Assembly: GCF_001194135.2 (NCBI RefSeq)
Contig: NC_068989.1
Location: 57,879,840-57,943,839, forward strand
Reading direction: 5' to 3'
Source of the DNA: Octopus bimaculoides
Taxonomy: Eukaryota
Length of the DNA stretch: 64,000 bases
Both the position numbers and the translations under genes were made by a program. Of the stretch, positions 1-11,319 are shown in pieces. The notes under the pieces were generated by a model that was not told the origin of the DNA, did not search any database, and saw nothing but the letters and a program-made list of their open reading frames with translations. Position 1 is the first letter of the stretch, and every line of letters begins with the position of its first letter.

Positions 1-487
1 GTTGTGTGCATATATGTATATGCTTATGAAGGTATGTATATATGTATGCATAGATGTATGCATATATGTATATCTGCATGTATGCATGTGTGCATGCATG
101 TATGTATGCATGTAGGTATGTGTGCATGTACATATGTATGTGTAGCTATATGTATATGAGTGTACATGTATATATGTCTGCATGTACATATGCTTATAGT
201 TATGCATGCATGTATGTATAAATGCAAGTATGTATGCTTGTGGGTATGCATGTACAATATTTTCTGGCATACAAGTTAACATAGTATATAGTGTAAACAT
301 GTAGCATAAGCATTCAAATATTGCCACTGTCTTTCGAAATCCTGCTGCATTTTACATGGAATTTTTGGTCATCCAAAGTCATCTTGGTGTATAAGATAAC
401 CCACCTTTCCTTGGCTATAAAGTTTGGTATGAAAATTTCGACTTATGCATCAGAAAATATTGTATATGGATGTATGCATGCATGCAG

Positions 488-559
<72 letters not shown>

Positions 560-620
560 ATGCACTTCATTGTATTGCCCTTGTTTGTTTAAATCATTTG
601 CTATATTATCAGAATTTGTC
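1..620. repeat. (TATG)n/(TG)n microsatellite-rich tract
   Basis: Direct inspection; explains the His/Thr/Ile-rich spurious ORFs. Confidence 0.9.
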
Positions 621-1203
621 CATTTCCTTGTAAAATTCATTCGTTTTTATTGATCTGTTTTGTATTGTCCCCTCTGCGTTGGCCCCTTGTGGGCAGTAAA
701 GAATCAGACTTGATTGTGAAATTCTTGTTCATCCTGATGAGGGGCTCATTGCCGAGATGTGCTTTAACTCGCAATCGGACTGCAGCAATGAACTCCCGAA
801 ATGGCCATTGATGTATTTTAACCTGATTTTGTGGAACTTTCTTATGTTCCTTGGACTTCAACCTACCATGATTTTTGAGAAATGAGCTATTCACTTTGAT
901 TACTTATTTTTAGTCAATTTGTATATACCTTTTCTTGATTGGCCATTCTATATATTTGGTATTTCTATGTGCATATATATCTTTTACCTTCTGTGCTTTT
1001 ATATATGTATTCCTTTTCTATGTTGAAGGCCATGATTATGTTTATATATGATAAAATGTATGGAAGCATGGTGTTATATAAATTTGATGTTTGTTCTCTC
1101 ATCAATGTTTTTTGTCTGTCTCAATTTCATTTGAGCATTTCTTTTTTGCAGTCCTATAAACCCTTTTGTCTCCATAAAAAGAGGCGATAATTATTTCTTG
1201 TCT

Positions 1204-1254
<51 letters not shown>

Positions 1255-1255
<1 letters not shown>

Positions 1256-2073
1256 ACCAGCATGGAGAAGAAGGGTCTGGAAGCTTAAGGATCCTGCGAA
1301 TGGACAGAGGTTTAGAGATGTATTACTCAAAGCTTTTGACGAAATAGAGGAGGATATAGCATCAAATGATGTGGAAGACAACTGGAGATTCCTACAGGGC
1401 AGCCTGTTGAGGGCTACTGACCAGATCTGTGGATGGTGCAGAGTCCCCTCTCGACCCAAGGTAACATGGTGGAGGAACAATGTAGTTGACAGGGCTATTA
1501 GGGAAAAGAAACAGGCATGGAAGGATTGGAAGTGTGGTGGTAGCAGGGAATTGTATCAGATTGCCAGAAGAGAAGCTAGAAGACAGATTTACTTAGCCAG
1601 AGGGGAAGCAGATAAGAAAAAATTTGCCAACATTCTATGTCATGGGGGTGGATGCTCTGAGAGTGTAGGGGCTAGAATAAGAATAGCCTGGGCAAAGTTC
1701 AGAGAGCTCTTACCTCTGCTGGTGACAAAGGGCCTCTCACTCAGAGTAAAAGGTAAGCTGTATTACACATGTGTGCAAACATCCATGCTACATGGCAGTG
1801 AAACATGGGTCATGACTGCTGAAGACATGCATAAGCTTGCAAGAAATGAAGCTAGTATTCTCCGCTGGATGTGTAATGTCAGTGTGCATACACAACAGAG
1901 TGTAAGCGCCCTGAGAGAAAAGTTGGACATAAGAAGTATCAGATGTTGTGTGCAAGAGAGACGACTGCGCTGGTATGGTCATGTGTCACGTATAGATGAG
2001 GACAGCTGTGTGAAGAAGTGTCACACCCTAACAGTAGAGGGAACCCTTGGAAGAGGTAGACATATGAAGACCT
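1255..2073 (+). mobile_element. RTE-clade LINE fragment with internal deletion removing the RT core (junction near 1644)
   Basis: Pre-RT sequence (WWRNNVVDRAIREKK...KKKFAN) is joined directly to thumb/C-terminal sequence (GGGCSESVGARIRIAWAKFRELL...LRWYGHV). It follows a (TG)n tract. Confidence 0.85.
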
Positions 2074-2615
2074 GCTTAAAAAAACTTGCTGTTCAGCTGC
2101 TGCAGTTCGCACAGCCTCTGCATATATCCTTTTGTTGGAAGCAGAAGGAATATGTGGATTTCTTTCCTTGTAAGTCCTGTTGCTTCTTGGTGGATTATGG
2201 GCATGCAGGTTCAAGTTTTTTGGTCTCCTTTTTCTGCGCTCCTGCTTATTTTGTTGTGGGTAGTCATCTAGCTTGTTTAGCTGGTGGTGTTTGGAATGGG
2301 CAAATTTGCAGTTTGCTCCCTTTTCCCCGTGCTAACAGGTACTATTTAGGTAGAATTTACAGATAATCTGTTTCTTTGCGTAACGTACTTGGGCTTGAAG
2401 CTTGTTAGTGTTCACCATTTCTTTGTCTTTGGCTACTTTGTCTGTTCTCCTGTCTCTGTCTTTTAGTGTGGTACTGTGTTTGTTGTATTCACAGCGGCTA
2501 CAGCAGTGGTGGCATTTGCATTGTTTCAGTCATCCATTTAGCCTTTCTGGGTTTGAGCACAGTGTGCAGGGTCTTCATTGTCGTCCTTTTAACATCCTGT
2601 GTCCCTCATAATGCC
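2074..2615 (-). mobile_element. Decayed LINE ORF1-like fragment with CCCH zinc finger
   Basis: Minus-strand frame reads ICKFYLNSTC*HGEKGANCKFAH (C-x7-C-x8-C-x3-H, one stop) and a YAEAVR motif, with a Cys-rich segment upstream. Confidence 0.45.
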
Positions 2616-2624
2616 TTCTAGGTC

Positions 2625-2625
2625 A

Positions 2626-2676
<51 letters not shown>

Positions 2677-3030
2677 TATATTCTATATAATATATATATA
2701 TATATATATGTATATAATGTATATACATATATTATATATTCTATATAATATATATATATGATATATATTCCATATAATATATATATGTATATAATATATA
2801 TATATATATATAAATATTATATATAATATATATAATATATATATATGTATATAATATATATATATGTATATAAGATATATATATATATATTATATATATA
2901 ATATATAAAAGCTTGCTTTCCAACCACATGATTTTGTGTGTGTATATGTGTGTATATAAGTACATGTGTACATGCATGCATGTATGCATGTGTGTGTATG
3001 TGTACATGTGTGTTTATGTGTGTGTGTTCG
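2625..3030. repeat. (TA)n / AT low-complexity and (TG)n/(TATG)n tract
   Basis: Direct inspection. Confidence 0.9.
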
Positions 3031-3429
3031 TGGTTTACTGCATTTGGCAATTAAGGTTTCATATTTTATAAGATGCAATTAATTCTTTCTCTAGTTTGGT
3101 ACTTTGTTTTGTAATATACTCACAAATTTAAAACTCACTAATTACCAATGAAGACATAACAGGATTTCACTGCTAGCATTTTTTTTTTTTTTTTACATTT
3201 ACACTCAACTCTGCTACGACTGACTTGTTTGTCATCAGAAATATCATACCATGCAATTACAGTCTATATTTTTTTTTTTGCGTGTGTGTTGTTGTTGTTG
3301 CTGTCGCTGTTCATTTTGTTTTGTTATTTAAGATGGCATCAACAACAGCAACAACAAAACCATTCTAAACAATCTGACACAGTCGCACCCTTTTATCATA
3401 ATAACAACACAAAAAAATAAACACAGGGT

Positions 3430-4320
3430 CAATAAAATGACTACCAGTTGAACACTGGGGTCGATGTAATCGACTATCCCCCTCTCCCAAAATTTCAGGC
3501 CTTGTATCTATAGTAGAAAGGATTATCATTATTATTAAAGCAGTGAGCTGGCAGAATCGTTAGCACATTGGACAAAATGCTTAGCAGTATTTTGCCCATC
3601 GCTACGTTCTGAGTTCAAATTCTGCCGAGGTCAACTTTGCCTTTCATCCTTTCAGCACAAGTGAAACACTGGGGTCAATGTAATCGACTAATCCCCTTCC
3701 TCAAATCATAGTCATTAGCACACCAGACAAAATGCTTAGCATCATTTCATCCATCTTCACATTTTAGTCTCAAATCTCACTGAGGTTGACTTTACCTTTC
3801 ATCAACAATAAAATATATACCAGTCAAGCACTGGAGTCGATGATATCGACTAGCCCTCTCCCCATAAAATTTCAGGCTTTTAGGAGAATGAATTATTATT
3901 ACTATTCAAGATAGAAAACTGGCAGAATCATTAGCACACAGGACAAAATGCTTAGCAGTATTTTGTCTGTCTTTACATTCTGAGTTCACATTGCGTCAAA
4001 ATCAACTTTGCCTTTCATCTTTTGGTGGTTAATAAAATGAGTACCAGTTGAAAACTAAGGTAGATGTAATTGACTATCCCCTCCACCCTTGTTTAAGGTG
4101 GGTGGCAAGCTAGCAGAATCATTAGCCAGCTGGACAAAATGCCATTAAGCATCTTGTCTGTCTTTAAGTTCTGGATTCAAATTCCCCCAAGGTCAACTCT
4201 GACTTTCATCCTTTCAGGGTTGATAAAAATAAGAACCAGTTGAGCACTGGGGTCAATGGCATTGACTTAACTCTCCCCTTAAAATTGCTAACCTTGTGCC
4301 AAAATTAGAAAGAATTATCA
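3430..4320 (+). mobile_element. Head-to-tail cluster of about 5 copies of a ~190-bp tRNA-derived SINE (core ccgaggtcaactttgcctttcatcctttc...taccagttgagcactggggtc)
   Basis: Recurrent ggcagaatcgttagcac heads separated by (ATT)n-type tails. The same family occurs at 24925-25360, 29540-29750, 41880-42230 and 53320-53530. Confidence 0.8.
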
Positions 4321-5106
4321 TCATTTAACACCAATAACCAATACTGTAGATGTAAAAAACATTTTTTGATGATCATCTGTTTTATTTTAAATTTCTTTGT
4401 TGTTCTACATTGTAGATATCAACAAGCTATACCAAGGGCATTTTTGTATCTGTCACAACATAGGTGTATAATCTACGAAGATATACAGAATAAAAATGAG
4501 GAACGAACGTAATAATAGTTTTGCTGCAGTGTCTGTATAAAAATGTCTAATTGCGGGTATTTTTAAAAGTTTATGGGATAATCCAATAGATCATCTTTAA
4601 TTTCCTATGCGGTAATTCTAAGAATTGAGGAGGTGTAATTTGACAGAAATTGGAAGTTTAATACCAGCAGTCTACAATTACATAAATAACAAATATTTGA
4701 GTGATTATATTACAACCATCAACTTGAAAATGAATACAAATAGAAACCAGAACAACAATGAAATATAAACATCATTAAAACTATGCTTTAATTATGTATA
4801 TTTATCAAGTTACAGTCACAGGCACAGCTATGTGATTAATATATTTGTTTCATAATTACATGGTTCTGGAATCAGCCCCAGGCCAACCAAAGTTTTGTGA
4901 GTGGTTTTGGTAGATGAAAATCAAAAAGAGCCCTTTATATATGTTCTGGCATGTAGACAAGCTTGAAAATTCATGCCCTTATCTTTGAACAGGGCTTTAG
5001 ACTCAATTTAGAAGATTATGTGAAGCTGCTAAAGACTGTGATCAATCTCTGCCTGGAGAAGGCTACTGCTGGAAGACCACATGTGTGGCAGCAGGATTCA
5101 GCTCCT

Positions 5107-7146
5107 TGCTCAAAATATCTGGCAGTGTTGGCTATAGCCTAGTCCCCCATATAGTTAACCAAGTGATACACGAAGGAGTCATACCCAATGACTGGTGTAG
5201 CAACACCATAGTCAACTGTTACAAAGGTAAAAAGTGACACTTTAAATACAAATAATTAAAGAGGTATCAAGTCATTAGATCAGGTAATGAAAATCACGGA
5301 TAGGGTCATAGCCCAACTAATTAAGGAGAGAGTCAGTTTAGATGAGATGCAGTTTGGGTTCATGCCAGGGAAAAGGACCACTGATGCTATATTTCTGGTA
5401 AGACAGCTGCAGGAGAAATACCTAACCAAAGATAAACCTCTGTACCTGGCTTTCGTTGACATGGAGAAAGCCTTTAACAGGGTCCCCCGATCCCTTATTT
5501 AGTGGTCAATGAGGAAACTAAAGGATACATGAATGGTTAGTGAGAGCTGTGCGAGCCATGTACAGGGACACTGTCAGTAAGGTAAGGGTTGGCAACGAGT
5601 ACAGTGAAGAATTCCAGGTAGAGGTAGGAGTCCATCAAGGTTCAGTCCTCAGCCCCCTCCTATTTATCATAGTCCTCCAGGCAATAACAGAGGAATTCAA
5701 GACAGGATGCCCCTGGGAGCTCCTCTATGCTGATGACCTTACTCTAATTGCTGAGTCACTATCAGAACTAGAGAAGTTTCAGGTGTGGAAGCAAGGATTA
5801 GAATCGAAGGGCCTTAGAGTCAATCTAACAAAAACCTAAGTCCTAATAAGTAGGAAGGTAAACAAACCACAAACCCCTTCAGGTAGATGCCCTGCTCGAT
5901 CTGTAGAAAAGGCGTAGGTAGAAACTCTATGAGATGTACCCAGTGTAAGCTATGGACACATAAGAGGTGCAGCAATATCAAAGGAAGGCTAACTAGGAAG
6001 ATAGTTTTTGTATGTGGCAGATGCTCAGGAATAATAAACACTGAAAATGTCCAGAGAATAACTTCTGCCACATTCCAGGGAGAAAAACTAGAAGTAGTTG
6101 ATAGCTTCCGTTACCTAGGTGACCAAGTCAGTAGCAGGGGAGGGTGCACTGAAAGTGTAGCTGCTAGAATAATAATAGCCTGAGCGAAGTTCAGAGAACT
6201 CTTACCTCTACTGGTGACAAAGTGCCTCTCGCCCAGAGTAAAAGGCAAACTGTATGACGCATGTGTACGAACAGCTATGCTACACGGCAGTGAAACATGG
6301 GCTGTGACTGCTGAGGTCATGCATAAGCTCGCAAGGAATGAAGCCAGTATGCTCTGCTGGATGTGTAATGTCAGTGTGCATACTCGACAGAGTGTAAGTA
6401 TCTTGAGAGAAAAGTTGGACATAAGAAGCATCAGTTGTGGTGTGCAAGAGAGACAATTGCGTTGGTACGGTCATGTGGCGAGAATGGATGAGGATAGCTG
6501 TGTGAAAAAGTGCCGCACCCTAGTGGTTGAGGGAACCTGTGGAAGAGGTAGACCCAGGAAGACCTGAGATGAGGTGGTGAAGCACGACATTTGAACATTA
6601 GGCCTCACCGAGGCAATGACTAATGACCAAGACCTTTGGAAAGATGCTGTGCTTGAGAAGACCCAGCAAGCTAAGTGAGACCATAACTTGTGGCTTTTAC
6701 CAGGCGCTAACAGCACCATCCGAGCAGGACCATTGCCAGAGCAGCTGTCTGGCTTCCGTGCCGGTGGCACATTAAAAGCACCATTTGAGCGTGATCATTA
6801 CCAGCGTCATCTTACTGGCACTTGTGCCGGTGGTACGAGAACAAAACATTCGAGCAAGGTCGTTGCCAGTGCTGCTGGACTGCTTCCTGTGCAGGTGGCG
6901 CATAAAAAACACCATTTGAGCATGGCCATTGCCAGTACCACCTGACTAGCCCTCGTTCCGGTTGCACGTAAAAGCACCCACTACACTCTCAGAGTGGTTG
7001 GCGTTAGGAAGGGCATCCAGCTGTAGAAACTCTGCCAGATCAGATTGGAGCCTGGTGCAGCCATCTGGTTCGCCAGTCCTCAGTCAAATCATCCAACCCA
7101 TGCTGGCATGGAAAGCAAATGTTAAACGATGATGATGATGATGATA
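5107..7146 (+). mobile_element. 5'-truncated RTE LINE (RT domain, PHD-finger insert, thumb, repeat-rich 3' UTR, (GAT)n tail), decayed
   Basis: QFGFMPGKRTTDAIF, GVHQGSVLSPLLF, LLYADDL and FRYLG motifs across several ORFs broken by stops and frameshifts. Confidence 0.92.
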
Positions 7147-7163
7147 ATATATATATATATATT

Positions 7164-7196
<33 letters not shown>

Positions 7197-7444
7197 AACT
7201 AATAAAGTAAATATAATTTACAAAAATATTTTGCAGTTTTATTTTGATTAAAATATCAGCATCTTTGGAGCAAAGCCTTTAAATGCTGTCGCCTGCTTTA
7301 GCATCTGTGACTGTCATGCACTCCCACTACATCTGTTGTTTTACTCTTTTTTCCCTCCAGCATGGCAAACAGAGGCCTACACACAATTTCCAAAAAGTTA
7401 TCATTCTCGACACAATCAGTATCTCACACAACTGAAACCCTAAT

Positions 7445-7955
7445 ATCTTTTTAGTGAGCTGAAAGCAGTTTTGACACAGATACACGTCTCATACCCAAGT
7501 CTTCAGTAATAATGGACTGAACTAAACCGTAACTAATCTGCATATCCTCCGATAACTCATGGATGATGATTCGACGATTTCCCCTCACAGCTGCACTCAT
7601 ATCTGCAATGTTTTTCTCGGTTCTGCTGGTTGCGGGTCTCCCAGAACATTCGCCAATATCAACATTATTTCGGCCATCCTGGAAACATCTGAACCGCTCA
7701 TACACTTGTGTGCGGCTCATAAACCCCTCTCCATACACTTTCTGCAATTCTGCATAGGCCTCTGAGCAGGTATCACTTTGACAACTTTTTCTGTCATGGT
7801 CAATGCGACAATCAATCATTACACACATTCCTTCGAAGCACTGCTCTAAACAGCAAAAGTGAGCTAGAACCTAACCAGAAAATTTAGCAAAAAAAAATGG
7901 AAGTTAGTTTTTCTTGAAACATTTTTCAGATCGATTTTTAAGCACCACTCTCTAT
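7445..7955 (-). mobile_element. Mariner transposase N-terminal fragment
   Basis: SEAYAELQKVYGEGFMSRTQVYERFRCFQDGR...SGRPATS, the HTH region of mariner transposases. Confidence 0.8.
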
Positions 7956-8400
7956 ACCTGAGTACACCGATGAAAAAATAGACGGAGAGCGGGGTTGACA
8001 GACATCGCCCCAATTTTCTTCAACGATCCCACCCCACCCCAGGAAGGTGCTACCCACCACTTTTGGGAACTACTGATCTACATCTGAAACGTAGAATTTT
8101 CATTTAAAAATATTCATTTTTTTTTTTAAGTTATGAGCAAATAAAGTCGGTGGGAGGCACACATGTGTAGGTATGCCCATATCCTGTGAGTGTGTATGTG
8201 TGTCCCCCATCAATGTTTGACAACTGGTGTGTGTTTACGTCCCCGTAACTTAGTAGTTCGGCAAGAGAGACTGATAGACTAAGTACCAGGCTTAAATAAA
8301 ATAAGTACTGAGAGCGATTTGTTTGACTAAAATCCTTCAATTCGGCGCCCTAGCATGGCCGCACTCTACTAAACTGAAACAAGTAACTGCCCGTCAACAC

Positions 8401-9480
8401 GAACAAAAAACGTATATACACTCGTGTATTGAGTATTGTGTGTGTGTAAATAGGAAGATAAGTATTTATGTCTCTATATATGTATATACGTACGCATGAG
8501 ATACGTGTATGAAATAAGCTTTATACTTTGCTTTTTTAATTCTTTTCCTAAATATTCCTTAAATAAAAACGATTGACTTACCTTTCAAGGCCTCCATCGT
8601 AAAACAACTATATTTCTGATTATGTGTGTGTTCCGCTTGATAACAAGTTACTTTTATATATTGTTAACTACACATTATTAATAAAACAAGGTGTCCACAA
8701 AATATCACATCATCGGCTTTGATAGATTCTTACTTCAGGATATCCGAGCGCCACAAGTATGAGAGAAATATGTGCTCATTTAGACTTGAATAACTAAATA
8801 CCAGCAACCAGGAAATTAGAAAAACAAAAATTAATTTTAAATATATATATAAAAAAAGAATAAAAAATGTGGATGACACTTGTTATTGCTGTTGTTATTG
8901 CTGTTGATTAACCAACACCCACTAAGTGTTACTTAATTGGAGTGTCTTATTGTTTGAAGAGGGAGATGTTTTGGGAAATTCTGCGGATATAGTATTTGTT
9001 GTTAACAATACGACTTGATGGAATTAACAATAACAATGATTAATATCGACATGTGGAAATAAAAGTCGATGTTGGGCGCACCAAACTGTAGTTTATGCCT
9101 CTTTATTCCAGGATTTTATTTTTAATTCTCAAGCGTACAATTATTCTCTCTCTCCCTCCCTCGTTTCTCACTGTCTCTTTTCTCTCTCACCCTCTCTTTC
9201 TATGTATGTATGTATGTATGTATTTATCTATCTATCTATCTATCTAATTCCCCTCCTTTGTCAAATTTGTCATTATCGCTCAGTTTAATATGTGCTATCT
9301 ATCGTTTCCACGGTTACAACGGACGTTAGACATTTTTAATATCTTCAATCAACACACATTGACTATTCTTCTTTTTCTAGTTTGGAAAAAGTGCCCATGA
9401 CCTTTACAGAGAGGTTTCTTTCTAAAGGCACCCAAAGACTTGGTGACATTAAATCGGGCGACAGAGTAAGTCCTATAAAT
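8401..9480. promoter_or_regulatory. CpG-retaining island, candidate unmethylated promoter region
   Basis: About 25 CpG counted by eye in 8401-9480 versus 4 in 24001-24960. The adjacent SINE (8140-8385) also keeps its CpGs. Confidence 0.45.
8582..8597 (-). CDS. Candidate short first coding exon (MEALK-G|gtaagt) of an unidentified gene running leftwards
   Basis: acgATGGAGGCCTTGAAAG|GTAAGT has a good start context and a consensus donor, inside the CpG island. No downstream exon identified. Confidence 0.25.
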
Positions 9481-9899
9481 GGACTATTATACTAACAGTC
9501 ATTCATACACACACACACACACACATACACACACAACTGGGTTTCACGGAGAAAGAACAAAAGAAACTGACGTGAATTCTCCAAATCCAATTTATTAGTG
9601 GCACAATTTATTAGTAAGACATTCCAAAATTCTCCATCTGAGATTCTTAGATGTTTGCATCAACAGTTCAACCAACACACCAACTCAACCACATATCTAC
9701 CAACACTGGGAACTCATTTAACTCAAAAAGTATTGTCGCTTAGTTAGCAACTGGCTTGAAGTCTCTCAAGAAGAACTTGAATAAAACTCAATTTTTTTTA
9801 CAAAATGCTTGTTATTATTTTAGTACTTTAAAAGTGTTTTCATCATCATTGAATACTTTCCTTCTTCAAATTGAACATAAATAGCTTATATCTAAAAAA

Positions 9900-10330
9900 G
9901 AAAAAAAGGAAGTCCATATCCAGTACCAAACAACATTTCATTAGACTCCAGCTTTGGATTGAAAAGCTTGAGAACTCCCTCCAGTTGACATGGGAATCTC
10001 CCACTGCTGATGATCTCCTTCCTGGCACAGAAACTTCATTAATTCAATGGAAGACATTCATCTGTCAGAGAAAAAGAACAGGGAAAAAGTTGCTTTGGTC
10101 AAATGAGACAAGACCAGCCCAACTACCTGTGAATGTGAAGTAACAGACTACATTATAGACCACTGCCTTTTTTGTCCTCTACAATCCAAACCTTGCAGCA
10201 CAAAAGAACCTTGCAGAGCTCAATAAAAATGGAAAGAACTGTGTAACAAAATGGGAAACGGATTACCTTTTTACTGCAGAAATCAGATATGTCCACAAAA
10301 AATTTCATTACACTTAACTGTGAAACCCAG
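9900..10330 (+). mobile_element. Ancient Ingi/Vingi-like LINE ORF2 C-terminal relic
   Basis: Frame-broken motifs LLPG...QWKTFICQRKRTGK, CECEVTDYIIDHCLFCP (C-x-C-x8-H-x3-C) and NLAELNKNGKNCVTKW. Confidence 0.45.
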
Positions 10331-11319
10331 TATTAAATACCTATCTATCTATCGTTGAGATGTCAAGTTTACTGAGACAATGTAACTTGCAGAAAATAAA
10401 TAATTCTAATTTCTGGTAGATATCTAACATCATTACTAGAATAATGATGAAATTTAATTTTGCAGTTGAAGGGTTAAATAACACTTAATAACCATTAGGC
10501 TGGCTTGCTTCAATAGGTTCCATTGAACCTTATGGTGTGTGACCAATTGAATTGACATTTTTTCTTTCTTCTTTTTCCTTTTTTTTACTCCTTTTTCTTT
10601 CTTTCTTCACTCATGTTTGTGTTTTCTTCAGTTTTGGATTTCTATTTTAATGTTCTTTTGTATTATCCATGTGCCATATACATACATTTTAAATTCCAAT
10701 AAAGTGTAGGACAAACAAAGGTTTAGCACAGAATTCAGATTGAAAAGAACAAATTTTACCAGTTTCAGTCATTGGACTGCAGCTGTTTTGATGCGCTAAC
10801 TTCAATAGTTTGGCGAATCTATAGATGCCAGTACTTACTTTCAAATGGTACTTCTTTCTTTTTATCAGTCTCTGTTTGTAGAACTGTTACAGGACATAAA
10901 AGGAGCACACATAAAAATAGAAACAAACATATATATGAAAAGACCAAAGATCTAATCAAGAAGATGGGATGAAAGACATATTTCTTTAATAAAAAGAATG
11001 CAGTTACTACTAAAGAAAACCAGTTGAATTACATATATGGTAAATTCTTTTCATAAAACTAGGCATTAAACACATTTGTATCTCATCATTTTAATATGAT
11101 GCAAAGATTTTTTTTTTTTTGCTTAAATACGTACCACTTTCAAGACATTTTATACAAACCAAATTTCAAAACTCCAAACACATCCATGTTTATTCAGACA
11201 AACTAAAAATATATACAAAATTGATAGTCACACATACTCTATGTGGGCAGTTTTCTAAGAAGGGAGATAATAGGTTTTAGATGCCGTAATTTTCATCATC
11301 TAACAAGACATGTTTTTAT

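Noticed and set aside
24-653. His/Thr/Ile- or Val/Cys/Met-rich ORFs (also 2741-3078, 18814-19056, 40172-40423)
   Set aside because: Translations of (TATG)n, (TG)n and (TA)n microsatellites.
1371-2366. 331-aa ORF as a host gene
   Set aside because: Chimera of an internally deleted RTE and the antisense strand of another TE relic.
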